Notes: generated by a model not told the origin, from the letters alone. Shown: positions 9,121 through 18,314, numbered from the stretch's first letter. The stretch: DNA of 32,000 nucleotides from a cyanobacterium endosymbiont of Braarudosphaera bigelowii (GCF_020885515.1 NZ_AP024987.1:1080001-1112000), one strand, 5' to 3'. Program-made: numbers and translations.

Positions 9121-9480
9121 ATGACTGTAACCCTAACTGAGAAAGCTACTATTCGACTTCAGTCCTTTCTGAAAAAACAATCAAATAAAGTTTCCGGCAT
9201 TCGTGTTGGGGTTAAAGATGGTGGTTGCAATGGTTATGAATACACTCTTAATCTAGTAGGGAAGCCAAATGAAAAGGATGTATGTTTTAATCAAAACAAT
9301 ATATCTATCTATGTTGACCCTAATAATATATCCTTACTAGAAGGGGTGGTTATTGATTTTGTAGATAGTCTAGTTAAAAGCGGATTTATCTTTACGAATC
9401 CTAATGCAACAGGTACTTGTGACTGCGGTAAGTCTTTCTCTACAGCAAACTGCGGTGGACAATCTACCCCTTGTAGCTAA
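9121..9480 (+). CDS. hesB: HesB (IscA-type Fe-S cluster assembly/carrier protein)
   Basis: 119 aa. GCNGYEY and the C-terminal CDCGKSF motif are typical of the HesB/IscA family. It lies in the hesA-hesB-fdxH arrangement. Confidence 0.88.
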   Translation: MTVTLTEKATIRLQSFLKKQSNKVSGIRVGVKDGGCNGYEYTLNLVGKPNEKDVCFNQNNISIYVDPNNISLLEGVVIDFVDSLVKSGFIFTNPNATGTCDCGKSFSTANCGGQSTPCS

Positions 9481-9591
9481 TCGATAATTGGGATTAGCCA
9501 ATAAAAAGTTTGATAATTAGTATTATTCTCCTTTTTCAGAATAATATCTAAGAATCAATAACACATATTCAACATATAAGGAGAAACACTT

Positions 9592-9906
9592 ATGCCTAAA
9601 ACTTATGAAGTTCGATTAATTAAAGGGAAAAAGAACAAGCCCCCAGAAATGGATGTTACTCTTACACTTCCTGACAATGTTTATATAGTTGACTCTGCTG
9701 AAGACAATGGAGTTGAACTTCCTGCGACTTGTCGTACAGGTAATTGCTCCAACTGTGTTGGTCGTATGGTTGAAGGAGAAGTTGATCAGCTAGATCAAGC
9801 TTTTCTAACTGACAAACAAGTAAAAGATGGTTGGGTACTTCTTTGTGTAGCTTACCCTCGTTCTAACTGTACGATCAAAACTCATCAAGAGGCTTATTTA
9901 GTCTAA
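9592..9906 (+). CDS. fdxH: Plant-type [2Fe-2S] ferredoxin, nif-associated (FdxH-like)
   Basis: 104 aa. The CRTGNCSNC...LLC cluster-ligand pattern (C-x4-C-x2-C...C) is present. Strong AAGGAG RBS. It lies downstream of hesB. Confidence 0.9.
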   Translation: MPKTYEVRLIKGKKNKPPEMDVTLTLPDNVYIVDSAEDNGVELPATCRTGNCSNCVGRMVEGEVDQLDQAFLTDKQVKDGWVLLCVAYPRSNCTIKTHQEAYLV

Positions 9907-9934
9907 ATTATTAGACTATTTATTCATTAAGAAA

Positions 9935-9954
9935 GTCGTAGCGCTAGCTACGGC
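9935..9954 (+). terminator. Short GC-rich stem-loop downstream of fdxH
   Basis: GTCGTAGC, loop GCTA, GCTACGGC. This is an 8-bp stem with one G-U pair, followed by a T-rich stretch (TTCATATATTCTTATTT). It lies 29 nt after the stop. Confidence 0.5.
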
Positions 9955-10029
9955 TTCATATATTCTTATTTACAAACATTTGTTTACATTACACAAAGCT
10001 AAGTAATATGATTTTCGTCGAGGTTTGTG

Positions 10030-10386
10030 ATGAATCTAAAATGGAAAACATTTGTTTCAAAGACAGTATTTTGGATGATAGGAGAAGTGTTCTTAAATTT
10101 ATTAGGTTTAGATAATGTAGCCGACTATAGCACTTTCCTTTTTGAAAACGAATTAGAGTTATCTAAAAAAAATCATAAGACAGTTAAACTATCCTGTCTT
10201 AATCCTAAATTTTGTCATAAGATTAATGGAGAATGTCCTATCGATGAAGTCGCCCTTCAATTTTCGAAATATCCATTAGACGATTGTATAGTTAACCATG
10301 ATCTTTTTTCTAAGAAATGTATAAAAATTAAGCACAACTGCATAAAAGCTGCTTTATTTTCTGAGTTATCATATGATTATAAATAG
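10030..10386 (+). CDS. Hypothetical protein with a hydrophobic N-terminus and a Cys-rich C-terminal half
   Basis: 118 aa from ATG 10030, with GAGG 6 nt upstream (the track starts at GTG 10027). The N-terminal VFWMIGEVFLNLLGLDNVADYSTFLF resembles small conserved cyanobacterial proteins as I recall them. Six Cys lie in the last ~70 aa. Function unknown. Confidence 0.5.
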   Translation: MNLKWKTFVSKTVFWMIGEVFLNLLGLDNVADYSTFLFENELELSKKNHKTVKLSCLNPKFCHKINGECPIDEVALQFSKYPLDDCIVNHDLFSKKCIKIKHNCIKAALFSELSYDYK

Positions 10387-10805
10387 AAAAATAACTTCTT
10401 TTGTATAAAGATCAACAGTTAATATAAAAGGGAAGTTGTTGATGGCAAAATATCTCACCACTATAATACTGGATTTTAAAATAAGTATTCTATTCCTATG
10501 AGAAAAAATATTTAAAAAATTGTTAAATATTTTGGATTTTTTTTATATTTTATCTTGTTTATCTATAAAAAAATCCTGGTAATTCAAGTTTATGTATCTC
10601 TAGTTACTGTTCGTAAAAGCATTAAAAACTACACTAGTAATTACTGAAAAATATAAAGTATTAATCTTATCAAGAACATCGATGATTAATTACAGTTTTC
10701 AGTTAATTTAATATTTTTTTTGCCAACTGTTTAATATTTTTATAACAAAATTAAATATCAAAAAATATTAAATAGTTTTTTCCTCTTACCATCAAAAGGA
10801 ATGTC

Positions 10806-12764
10806 ATGGCTTTAGATTTTTCCCCTATTTGGATTTCATTAAAAACTGCAACTCTTGCCACATTTTTTGCTTTTTTTGCTGGAACAATATTAGCTTATTG
10901 GATGTTTAAATATAATGGAAAATGGAAAAGTATAATTGATGGACTTCTAACGATTCCTTTAGTTCTTCCTCCTACAGTAATTGGATTCTTGCTATTATTA
11001 TTATTAGGAAAATATGGGCCTATTGGTAGACTATTATGGTTATTTAATGTTAATATAGTATTTACATGGTACGCAGCTGTCATAGCGGCTATTGTTGTTG
11101 CTTTCCCTCTAATGTATAAAACTTCCTTAGGGGCATTTCAACAGATAGACTTCAACCTAATATCTAGTGCCAAAACCTTAGGAGCTTCAGAGATAGAGCT
11201 TTTCTTGCGCATTATATTACCTCTAGCAAGACCAGGCTTAATATCAGGTTTACTACTCTCGTATGCACGAGCCCTTGGTGAATTTGGAGCAACTCTAATG
11301 TTGGCAGGCAGTATTCCTGGAAAGACTCAAACTATTCCGATAGCAATTTTTTTTGCTACAGAAAGCGGTAATATGAAAGAGGCTCAGCTATTAGTAATAA
11401 TAATGGTTCTTTTATCACTTAGTATTACCATTGGTGTTAATATCTGGAATGACAATTACTCTGTCAAACGTTTGGGGAAAAAGTTTTCAGGACTGAAGGC
11501 AAGTAAAGTTGATAAAACTTTAAAGAAAGAGCACAGTTCTTTGTCAGTTTCTAAAGTTTCAGAAAAGTTTCATCATTTGACATCAAATACTTCAAACCAG
11601 TTGGTTGTTGATATAAAGAAAAAGCTGCCTAACTTTGAGTTAAATGTCTCTTTTTCGACTAATCCAAGCCAAACGCCTTTGGGATTACTAGGGGCTTCTG
11701 GAGCTGGAAAAAGTTTAATTCTGAAATGTATAGCTGGATTAGATACTCCTGATTATGGTCATATTTCTTTAAATGGTAAAATTTTATTTGATTCTCGGAA
11801 AGGAATTAATATTCCTATCCGTAAACGTAAAGTTGGATTTCTATTTCAAAACTATGCTTTATTCCATCATTTAACAATCTCCGAGAATATAGCCTTCGGC
11901 TTACCAAAAAATCTTCCTCCTTCTATTATTCGCCAAAAAGTTGAACAACAACTGACAATAATACAATTAGAAGGATTTAGCCATCGTTATCCCAGCACAC
12001 TTTCTGGAGGACAAAAGCAAAGAGTTGCATTAGCTAGGGCATTAGTTAATCAGCCTGACATTCTACTCTTAGATGAACCTTTTTCTGCACTTGATACCTA
12101 TTTACGAGATCAACTAGAAAAGCTTCTAAAGTTAAATTTAAACAGCTATTCAGGGGTTACACTTTTTGTTAGTCACAATCTAGAAGAAGCCTATCGTATT
12201 TGCCCCAATCTTTTAATCTTAAATGAAGGTATGATACTTGCAAAAGGCACTAAACAAAAAGTCTTTGATGATCCGCGTTACCTTAAAGCAGCACAAATTA
12301 CAGGATGTAAAAATTTTTCTAGAGTTCTTCCATTATCGAAGGATAAAGTTATTGCCCTTGACTGGGGATGTACCTTAAAAGTTTACGAACCTATACTCCC
12401 TAATTTAACTCATGTTGGTATTCGTGCTCACCAATTATTATTTATTGACCTTGAGGTGAGTTCCTTAAAGCACAATTATCTCCAAAACCTTTTTACTTGC
12501 TGGTTAGCTAGCACAAGTGAAACTCAACATAGGATAACACTGTATATTAAGTTAAACTCTGTTCCAACCAGCTCTTTTGACTATCATCTACAAGTCGAAG
12601 TTTTCAAGGATAAATGGAATAGGTTAAAGAAATGCCCTATACCTTGGTCAATACAAATTAAGCCCTCACGCCTCATGTTACTACAGAATTCAAGCGACCC
12701 TATATCCCTTGAATATACAGCTGGTAATTTTTCAAAAGTTACTAGTACAAATAACTCTAATTAA
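10806..12764 (+). CDS. modBC: Fused molybdate ABC transporter permease + ATPase (ModB-ModC) with a C-terminal TOBE/Mop-like region
   Basis: 652 aa. The N-terminal ~220 aa is a CysTW-type permease (SAKTLGAS..F..I.LPLARPGL, ARALGEFGATLM). It is followed by a Ser/Lys-rich linker. The ATPase half has Walker A GASGAGKS, signature LSGGQKQRVALARAL, Walker B LLLDEPFSALD and the H-loop VSHN. Confidence 0.9.
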   Translation: MALDFSPIWISLKTATLATFFAFFAGTILAYWMFKYNGKWKSIIDGLLTIPLVLPPTVIGFLLLLLLGKYGPIGRLLWLFNVNIVFTWYAAVIAAIVVAFPLMYKTSLGAFQQIDFNLISSAKTLGASEIELFLRIILPLARPGLISGLLLSYARALGEFGATLMLAGSIPGKTQTIPIAIFFATESGNMKEAQLLVIIMVLLSLSITIGVNIWNDNYSVKRLGKKFSGLKASKVDKTLKKEHSSLSVSKVSEKFHHLTSNTSNQLVVDIKKKLPNFELNVSFSTNPSQTPLGLLGASGAGKSLILKCIAGLDTPDYGHISLNGKILFDSRKGINIPIRKRKVGFLFQNYALFHHLTISENIAFGLPKNLPPSIIRQKVEQQLTIIQLEGFSHRYPSTLSGGQKQRVALARALVNQPDILLLDEPFSALDTYLRDQLEKLLKLNLNSYSGVTLFVSHNLEEAYRICPNLLILNEGMILAKGTKQKVFDDPRYLKAAQITGCKNFSRVLPLSKDKVIALDWGCTLKVYEPILPNLTHVGIRAHQLLFIDLEVSSLKHNYLQNLFTCWLASTSETQHRITLYIKLNSVPTSSFDYHLQVEVFKDKWNRLKKCPIPWSIQIKPSRLMLLQNSSDPISLEYTAGNFSKVTSTNNSN

Positions 12765-12797
12765 TAACTTTCCTGATATACATAAAGGAGAACACTT

Positions 12798-13094
12798 ATG
12801 GCAAACTTAACTGGCTTAACTTTTGGACAAAAAGAATGGACTCCAAAGTTTGTTGAAGCTATCGATAAAGAAACCTGTCTTGGTTGTGGGCGTTGTTTCA
12901 AAGTCTGCGGTCACAATGTTCTAACTTTGTTAGGAGTTAATGAAGATGGTGAAATCATTGATGAAGATGATGATGATGATGATGTAGAACGTCAAGTTAT
13001 GGGTATTGTTAATAAAGATAATTGTGTTGGCTGTGAAGCATGCGCAAAAATTTGCCCTAAAAACTGCTATACTAACGAACCTTTAGCTATGTAA
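12798..13094 (+). CDS. fdxB: 2x[4Fe-4S] ferredoxin, nif-associated (ferredoxin III / FdxB-like)
   Basis: 98 aa. Two cluster motifs are present: [11 protein letters not shown] and [12 protein letters not shown]. An acidic insert ([16 protein letters not shown]) separates them. Strong AAGGAG RBS. Confidence 0.8.
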   Translation: MANLTGLTFGQKEWTPKFVEAIDKETCLGCGRCFKVCGHNVLTLLGVNEDGEIIDEDDDDDDVERQVMGIVNKDNCVGCEACAKICPKNCYTNEPLAM

Positions 13095-13102
13095 TTTAAT
13101 TT

Positions 13103-13147
13103 ATAAAGAAGTGGCCGCAATTAATAATAATGTAGCCACTTCTTTAT
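13103..13147 (+). terminator. Stem-loop downstream of fdxB
   Basis: ATAAAGAAGTGGC (13103-13115) is the perfect reverse complement of GCCACTTCTTTAT (13135-13147). 13-bp stem, 19-nt loop, starting 8 nt after the stop. Confidence 0.55.
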
Positions 13148-13253
13148 GAATATATGCTTACCAAATAATAAAGAAACTGTAATAATTACAATACTAATTC
13201 TAATAAGAAGTAACATTAAAGTTAACTTTTGTCTATCTTAAATAAGGAATAAA

Positions 13254-13505
13254 ATGACACAATCTCGTCAAGAACAATACTATACTTTAATTGATGAATT
13301 ACTACGTTGTCCTAATGGTCAAGAGCCTGATCTCTTAAGTTCTAATAATGAGTTAATAGACAGTAAATTTATCGAGTCATTAGTTCAAGTTTCTACTATG
13401 ATGGCTCATGAGAACAATCCTGATGGAGCTAAGTTTCTAATTCATATTGCAAGGCAGTTAGCAAAGGAATTAGGATTATATCCTGAAATTAAAAATGATA
13501 AATAG
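13254..13505 (+). CDS. Small hypothetical protein (cyanobacterial conserved-looking)
   Basis: 83 aa. AAGGA RBS is present. YYTLIDELLRCPNGQEPDLLSSNNELIDSKFI resembles an N-terminal module seen in many cyanobacterial TPR/CHAT-associated proteins. That resemblance is from memory and unverified. Confidence 0.5.
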   Translation: MTQSRQEQYYTLIDELLRCPNGQEPDLLSSNNELIDSKFIESLVQVSTMMAHENNPDGAKFLIHIARQLAKELGLYPEIKNDK

Positions 13506-13554
13506 TTACTCATTTTTAATTTTATAAATATTATTTAAGATAATATCAAGTTTG

Positions 13555-14190
13555 ATGGTATTAATGGTTCCTACAATTCAACTTTTACCCTTATTTCCCT
13601 TATCTAAGATTGTTTTGTTCCCTGGACATACTCTTCTTTTACATATTGTTGAATTTTGTTATCGAACTATGATTGGTGATATTTTGGAAGGGAGTCACTG
13701 TTTTGGTGTAGTTAATAAAAATCCCACCAATGGAAATATGGAGAGTATCGGTGTATGTGCCGAAGTAGTTCGTTTCCAAAATTTTTCTAATGACCATATG
13801 GAACTAATAATTTCAGGTCAGAAACGTTTTCGCATATTAAAGTATACAAAAGAAAAACCTTACAAAATAGGTTTAGTAGAATGGTTACAAGATAAAAGAA
13901 CCACCCAAAATCTTTACCCATTATCTAACGAAGTTAAGCAATTATTACAGGATGTAATTCATTTATCTGCGAAGTTAATGAATCAAGAAGTGGGCTTACC
14001 AAATAATTTGCCTATACTACCTTTAGAATTATCTTATTTGATAGGTGCTAGTCTTCGCGGTATGGCAACAGAGCAACAAATATTACTAGAAACTCAAGAA
14101 ACTCAAAATCGCTTACAAAGAGAATTAAAAATTTTAACAATTATACGTAATCATCTAGCTGCTAAAGTTAGCTTAAAAGATATTTTTTAA
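13555..14190 (+). CDS. LON N-terminal (substrate-binding) domain protein
   Basis: LPLFPLSKIVLFPGHTLLLHIVEF.YR..I..ILEGSHCFGVV matches the Lon N-terminal domain signature (LPLFPL..VLFPG..LPLHIFEPRYR). The start is ambiguous (TTG 13552, ATG 13555 or ATG 13564). Confidence 0.8.
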   Translation: MVLMVPTIQLLPLFPLSKIVLFPGHTLLLHIVEFCYRTMIGDILEGSHCFGVVNKNPTNGNMESIGVCAEVVRFQNFSNDHMELIISGQKRFRILKYTKEKPYKIGLVEWLQDKRTTQNLYPLSNEVKQLLQDVIHLSAKLMNQEVGLPNNLPILPLELSYLIGASLRGMATEQQILLETQETQNRLQRELKILTIIRNHLAAKVSLKDIF

Positions 14191-14492
14191 TCGAAACACT
14201 TTAATTAGTTAAAATGAGTTTTTAGTATTAAATAGAACTAACTTACTAGAAATAATAATAATTTTTACATTTTTCAAATGCTGTATAAGTTGATTCTACG
14301 TTTGTTAAAAAATGGCCATAATTTGGCTTTTAAGGATTTTTATTTTTAGATCCTACCATTGAAAATGTTTTTGCTTAACTTTCTTATTTAATATAAATGA
14401 AATTAGGTAATTAAAATTATCTTTACATTAATTTAAGTAAGTTAAAGATAGACAAAAGAATTAATATTACTTACGTTTTATATGTTTGTAAT

Positions 14493-15833
14493 TTAATTTC
14501 CGGTAATAGACAAATTATCAACCCATATTCTAGGACAGATTCCTTTAGATGTAATTTCTGGCTCAGATTCTATATGAATAATAGAATTCAATAGTGTTAA
14601 GAAGTCACCTGCTATCGTTGCAGCATCGATACTAACAAAATTTCCATTATTAACTAACCATCCTTCAAAAGGTAAAGAGAAGGAACCTTGCAAACTATTT
14701 ACTCCAGCATGAAGAGCTTGTAATTTATCAACAAAAACTACATCTTTTACTGTATTCAAATCGTATTTAGAATTCGACTTTTCATTAGATAAAATATGAT
14801 AAAAATGAGGTCTAATAGTTACTTTAGAACCAATATTTGCATGGCCAGTAGGCTTTGAATTTAAACGTTGAGCAGTATTTTCACTATGTAGTAACCCTGT
14901 AAGAATTCCATTATTAATTATCTCTACACGACGAGTAGGTGTTCCTTCTTGGTCGAAAGTTTCCATACCAACATTATTAATATGTCTAGCGTCATCATAT
15001 AGAGAAAAAAGTGTAGCAGAGATCTGCTTTCCTAGAGAACCTGTAGTAGAAAGACTTTGTTTATCTAAAATATTTTGGGCATTAAATAAATTAGTAAAAG
15101 AATTGATTAAGCTTAAAAATGCTGTAGGAGAAAAAATTACAGTATATTTTCCTGACGGAACACTTTGATAATTAAGATGGCTAAGAGTTTTTTCTATCAA
15201 TTCTTGTAAACAACATTCAATATCCAAAGTTGCAAAATCCCGACTAATTTTAATAGAACTTGCTCCCCTAGGCTTTTTCCCCTCTGCTTCTGTACGACTA
15301 TAAAAATATATAGTAGTATATGAGAGATCTTCTTGACGTAAAGCAGAATTACTATTTAGATAAAATCTGGTAATGTTTTCTTGAGATAGGCCGTTATAAG
15401 GAATGCTTGTAATGATGGGGCTCGACTTTAATAAAGTTTTTTCTGCTGCGATTAAGGTATTTACTAGTACAGGAATTGGAGTAGAGGTAGAAATTTTAGT
15501 AGATATACTTTCAATTACAGCAGAAGCTTCTGGACTAAAATCTGGTACATGTTCTTGAACACCAAAATAGCTGGCATCTTTAGCAGTTTGCAAAGCCAAC
15601 TTTATGCCGATTTTATCTAAGTCTGTAGTAGTAGTAACTCCAATCCTTCCATTTTTATTCCAAACTCTAACAATAACACTCGATCTATTTGATACTTGTA
15701 GTTGTTTGGGATTACCACGATCAACTTCTATACTGGTTTCTTCTATGGCAGAACCGTAAATGTCGTACTTAGTGATGTTAAGTTCTTTCGAACTTTCTTG
15801 AGCATAATAAGCAACTTGTTCAATATGGAGCAT
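14493..15833 (-). CDS. pmbA: TldD/PmbA-family metalloprotease (PmbA/TldE-like)
   Basis: 446 aa. The length and overall pattern are typical of peptidase U62 PmbA (N-terminal ...ETSIEVDRGNPKQLQVSNRSSVIVRVW..GRIG, C-terminal GSFSLPFEGWLVNNG). The call rests on family resemblance only. Confidence 0.8.
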   Translation of the reverse strand: MLHIEQVAYYAQESSKELNITKYDIYGSAIEETSIEVDRGNPKQLQVSNRSSVIVRVWNKNGRIGVTTTTDLDKIGIKLALQTAKDASYFGVQEHVPDFSPEASAVIESISTKISTSTPIPVLVNTLIAAEKTLLKSSPIITSIPYNGLSQENITRFYLNSNSALRQEDLSYTTIYFYSRTEAEGKKPRGASSIKISRDFATLDIECCLQELIEKTLSHLNYQSVPSGKYTVIFSPTAFLSLINSFTNLFNAQNILDKQSLSTTGSLGKQISATLFSLYDDARHINNVGMETFDQEGTPTRRVEIINNGILTGLLHSENTAQRLNSKPTGHANIGSKVTIRPHFYHILSNEKSNSKYDLNTVKDVVFVDKLQALHAGVNSLQGSFSLPFEGWLVNNGNFVSIDAATIAGDFLTLLNSIIHIESEPEITSKGICPRIWVDNLSITGN

Positions 15834-16027
15834 TACTATTTACTTTGTAAAGTATAAAATATTTTTTAGACAAGGTTTCTATATAAATATTCTATCTCAT
15901 TAAACTATGTTCTAAGAATTTTGATTTGTATTAAAGACACAAGCCTAAAATAGAAGATCAATTAATCAATACATATTTCGAAAGCTAATATAAAGTCTAA
16001 AGAATATATTGTCAAAATATAAGTGAA

Positions 16028-16060
16028 AAACCTATTATAAAAATAATTTATAATAGGTTT
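16028..16060. repeat. Perfect 14-bp inverted repeat (hairpin) in the divergent pmbA/ycf19 spacer
   Basis: AAACCTATTATAAA (16028-16041), loop AATAA, TTTATAATAGGTTT (16047-16060). The exact reverse complement was verified by hand. Confidence 0.7.
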
Positions 16061-16350
16061 AAGGTGATAAACAATAAAAATAAATAAATTAATTTAATCA
16101 TCTAATATCCACTAATTATTGTATAAAATCTCTAAATGTTAAAAATTTAAAATTAATTTCTTAATTAGAATTTAGAGTATTATTATTTCTTTAAAATTAT
16201 ATTTAGTTATCTTAAAATTACGAAAAATGTTTAGTCTATAAATAAATTAAATACTTTCCGTAATTTTAATTCTATCAATACAAGAAAAATCAATAAAATT
16301 TAGATATGGATATTGTAAACTAGAAAGTAAGTTGATCTATTCTAGAAATT

Positions 16351-16641
16351 ATGAATTCGTTAAACATAACATATTGGGCTTTAAGTACATTTTTAACAAT
16401 AATGACTCTTCTGTTTATTTTTCGTATTGTGTTAACTTGGTACCCCCAAGCAGAAATCAATCGATTTCCTTGGTTTTTAATTGCTCTGCCAACAGAATTT
16501 TTATTAGTTCCAATTAGGAAAATAATATCTCCAATTGGAGGGGTAGATATTAGTCCTATTATTTGGGTTGGACTTTGCAGTTTGTTAAGAGAAGTGTTAG
16601 TTGGACAACAAGGACTAATATCTATGGCACTATACAAATGA
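16351..16641 (+). CDS. ycf19: YggT-family membrane protein (Ycf19-like)
   Basis: 96 aa. FRIVLTWYPQ...P...PIRKIISPIGGVDISPII is the YGGT repeat signature. The antisense ORF 16320-16637 has no recognisable features. Confidence 0.8.
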   Translation: MNSLNITYWALSTFLTIMTLLFIFRIVLTWYPQAEINRFPWFLIALPTEFLLVPIRKIISPIGGVDISPIIWVGLCSLLREVLVGQQGLISMALYK

Positions 16642-16916
16642 TTAGTGACTAATTAACTATTAAGATTATTTAATTTTGATAGAAATTTTTATAGTATTAT
16701 CATCAACAGTTAACAGCAAAGAAAGACAGTACGTATATATTTTGCAACACTCTATATCAATTTTTTTAAAGTTTGAAATATTTATTGAATATTGATTATT
16801 CTTTTAAAAAGTTATATTGATATTTATAGGTATTCTAATAGATACCTCTCTATTAAAATAAGATTCAGTTATAGAAAATAATTAAAAAATTTTTAATTAT
16901 TTTGATAAGTAAAATA

Positions 16917-17477
16917 CTAGACTCTTCTAAAGAAAGATCTAATTGTATTACTATAGTTTCTCTTATTGATTAAAATATTCATAGGGTAATGTAATATAGG
17001 TGAGAGTAAACTACTTAAAATTGCTGATAACAAAATTGAGCTTTGATGGTAAATATTAATATATTCAAAAGAATACATTTCTCGTAAAATATATTCTAGA
17101 AAAAGAATACCTTGAGCTACCAAAGATAATATAAATACTAATACAATAATTGAGAGAAAACTATAAAGATTATTTCCAAAAAAGTAGTTTCTTCTAAATC
17201 TACTTGATAATGCTCCAACTATTACTAAACTTGGAATGTGAGACAAAGTTCCTAATGTTAGGCTGTCTTGAATTAATCCCATTACCAAACCACCAACAAT
17301 TCCCTGCAATATTTTCCTTTTAATACTCCATACTATTACCCAAATTAGAATCCAATTAACCTTAGCTCCAAAAACTTCCATTCCTGGAAGATAAACTACG
17401 GAAAATAATAAAGAAAGTACAGCAGAAACAATAATAATTAATTTGTCAAAAAAAACAATATTTTTTAAAAAGCTCAT
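16917..17477 (-). CDS. mreD: Rod shape-determining protein MreD
   Basis: 186 aa polytopic membrane protein (VNWILIWVIVWSIKR...GLIQDS). It lies directly downstream of mreB-mreC. Confidence 0.8.
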   Translation of the reverse strand: MSFLKNIVFFDKLIIIVSAVLSLLFSVVYLPGMEVFGAKVNWILIWVIVWSIKRKILQGIVGGLVMGLIQDSLTLGTLSHIPSLVIVGALSSRFRRNYFFGNNLYSFLSIIVLVFILSLVAQGILFLEYILREMYSFEYINIYHQSSILLSAILSSLLSPILHYPMNILINKRNYSNTIRSFFRRV

Positions 17478-17538
17478 AATTCAAGAAACTTTAACAAATC
17501 TTTATAGACTATTTGATTTTAAAAGTGAGTAAAATAAA

Positions 17539-18291
17539 CTATTTACTAATGTAAGGGTGGATAACTACATTTTCTAATTTATTAAAAGCGACTGTTAATA
17601 GAACATCTCCTTCTGGTGCAGGTTGCTTATTAAGATCTAGCGAAATTATTTGACCAATGGGTAGACCACCAGGAAATAGAAGACCAACAGGGGAAGTAAT
17701 GACAGTATCTCCAACGTTTGCTTCCGGAAATTTATCAAAAAAACGTATCTTAACAAAACTAGAAGCATTTCCAATGATTATACCCATAGTTCCTGTTTGA
17801 CTTACTTTGAAACCTACGCGGCTACTAGGATCAGTAATTAGGAGAACACGACTAGTATGCGGAGTAACACTAACGATACGACCAACCAATCCCCCAATTC
17901 CTGTAACTACAAAGCCTATCTCTACTCCATCTCTGCTACCACGACCAAGAACAAGACTTTTCCACCAATGATAAGGAGTATGTGCAATAACTGGTGCAAC
18001 GATTACCTCTGTTTTTTGTATTTCAGAATAACCTAATAATTTTTTTAGTTGTTGATTTTCCTTTTTTAACTCTGCAGTAGTTTGAGTTAGTTCCATCAGG
18101 CGAGCATTGGTTAATCGTTTGTGTATTAGTCCAGAAGAGTCAAGTGTTCGTAGAGGATAGCTTATCCAATAATATAATTCAAGGATGGCTGACCCTTTAG
18201 TTTCAAAAAAGAATAATCCAATTCCTATAGAAATTATTATCCATAAAAATTGTGAACCGTATCGGCTATACCCATGAAATACCATTAGCAT
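17539..18291 (-). CDS. mreC: Rod shape-determining protein MreC
   Basis: 250 aa. It has an N-terminal TM segment, a coiled-coil (ELKKENQQLKKLL) and a beta-rich C-terminal domain (GLVGRIVSVTPHTSRVLLITDPSS.VG). Confidence 0.88.
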   Translation of the reverse strand: MLMVFHGYSRYGSQFLWIIISIGIGLFFFETKGSAILELYYWISYPLRTLDSSGLIHKRLTNARLMELTQTTAELKKENQQLKKLLGYSEIQKTEVIVAPVIAHTPYHWWKSLVLGRGSRDGVEIGFVVTGIGGLVGRIVSVTPHTSRVLLITDPSSRVGFKVSQTGTMGIIIGNASSFVKIRFFDKFPEANVGDTVITSPVGLLFPGGLPIGQIISLDLNKQPAPEGDVLLTVAFNKLENVVIHPYISK

Positions 18292-18314
18292 TTTATATTT
18301 TTCACATTCTTCAT

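Noticed and set aside
16320-16637. 105-aa minus-strand ORF (and the 61-aa + ORF 16332-16517) overlapping the ycf19/yggT gene
   Set aside because: The + strand ORF 16351-16641 carries the YGGT signature. The antisense translation has no recognisable features.
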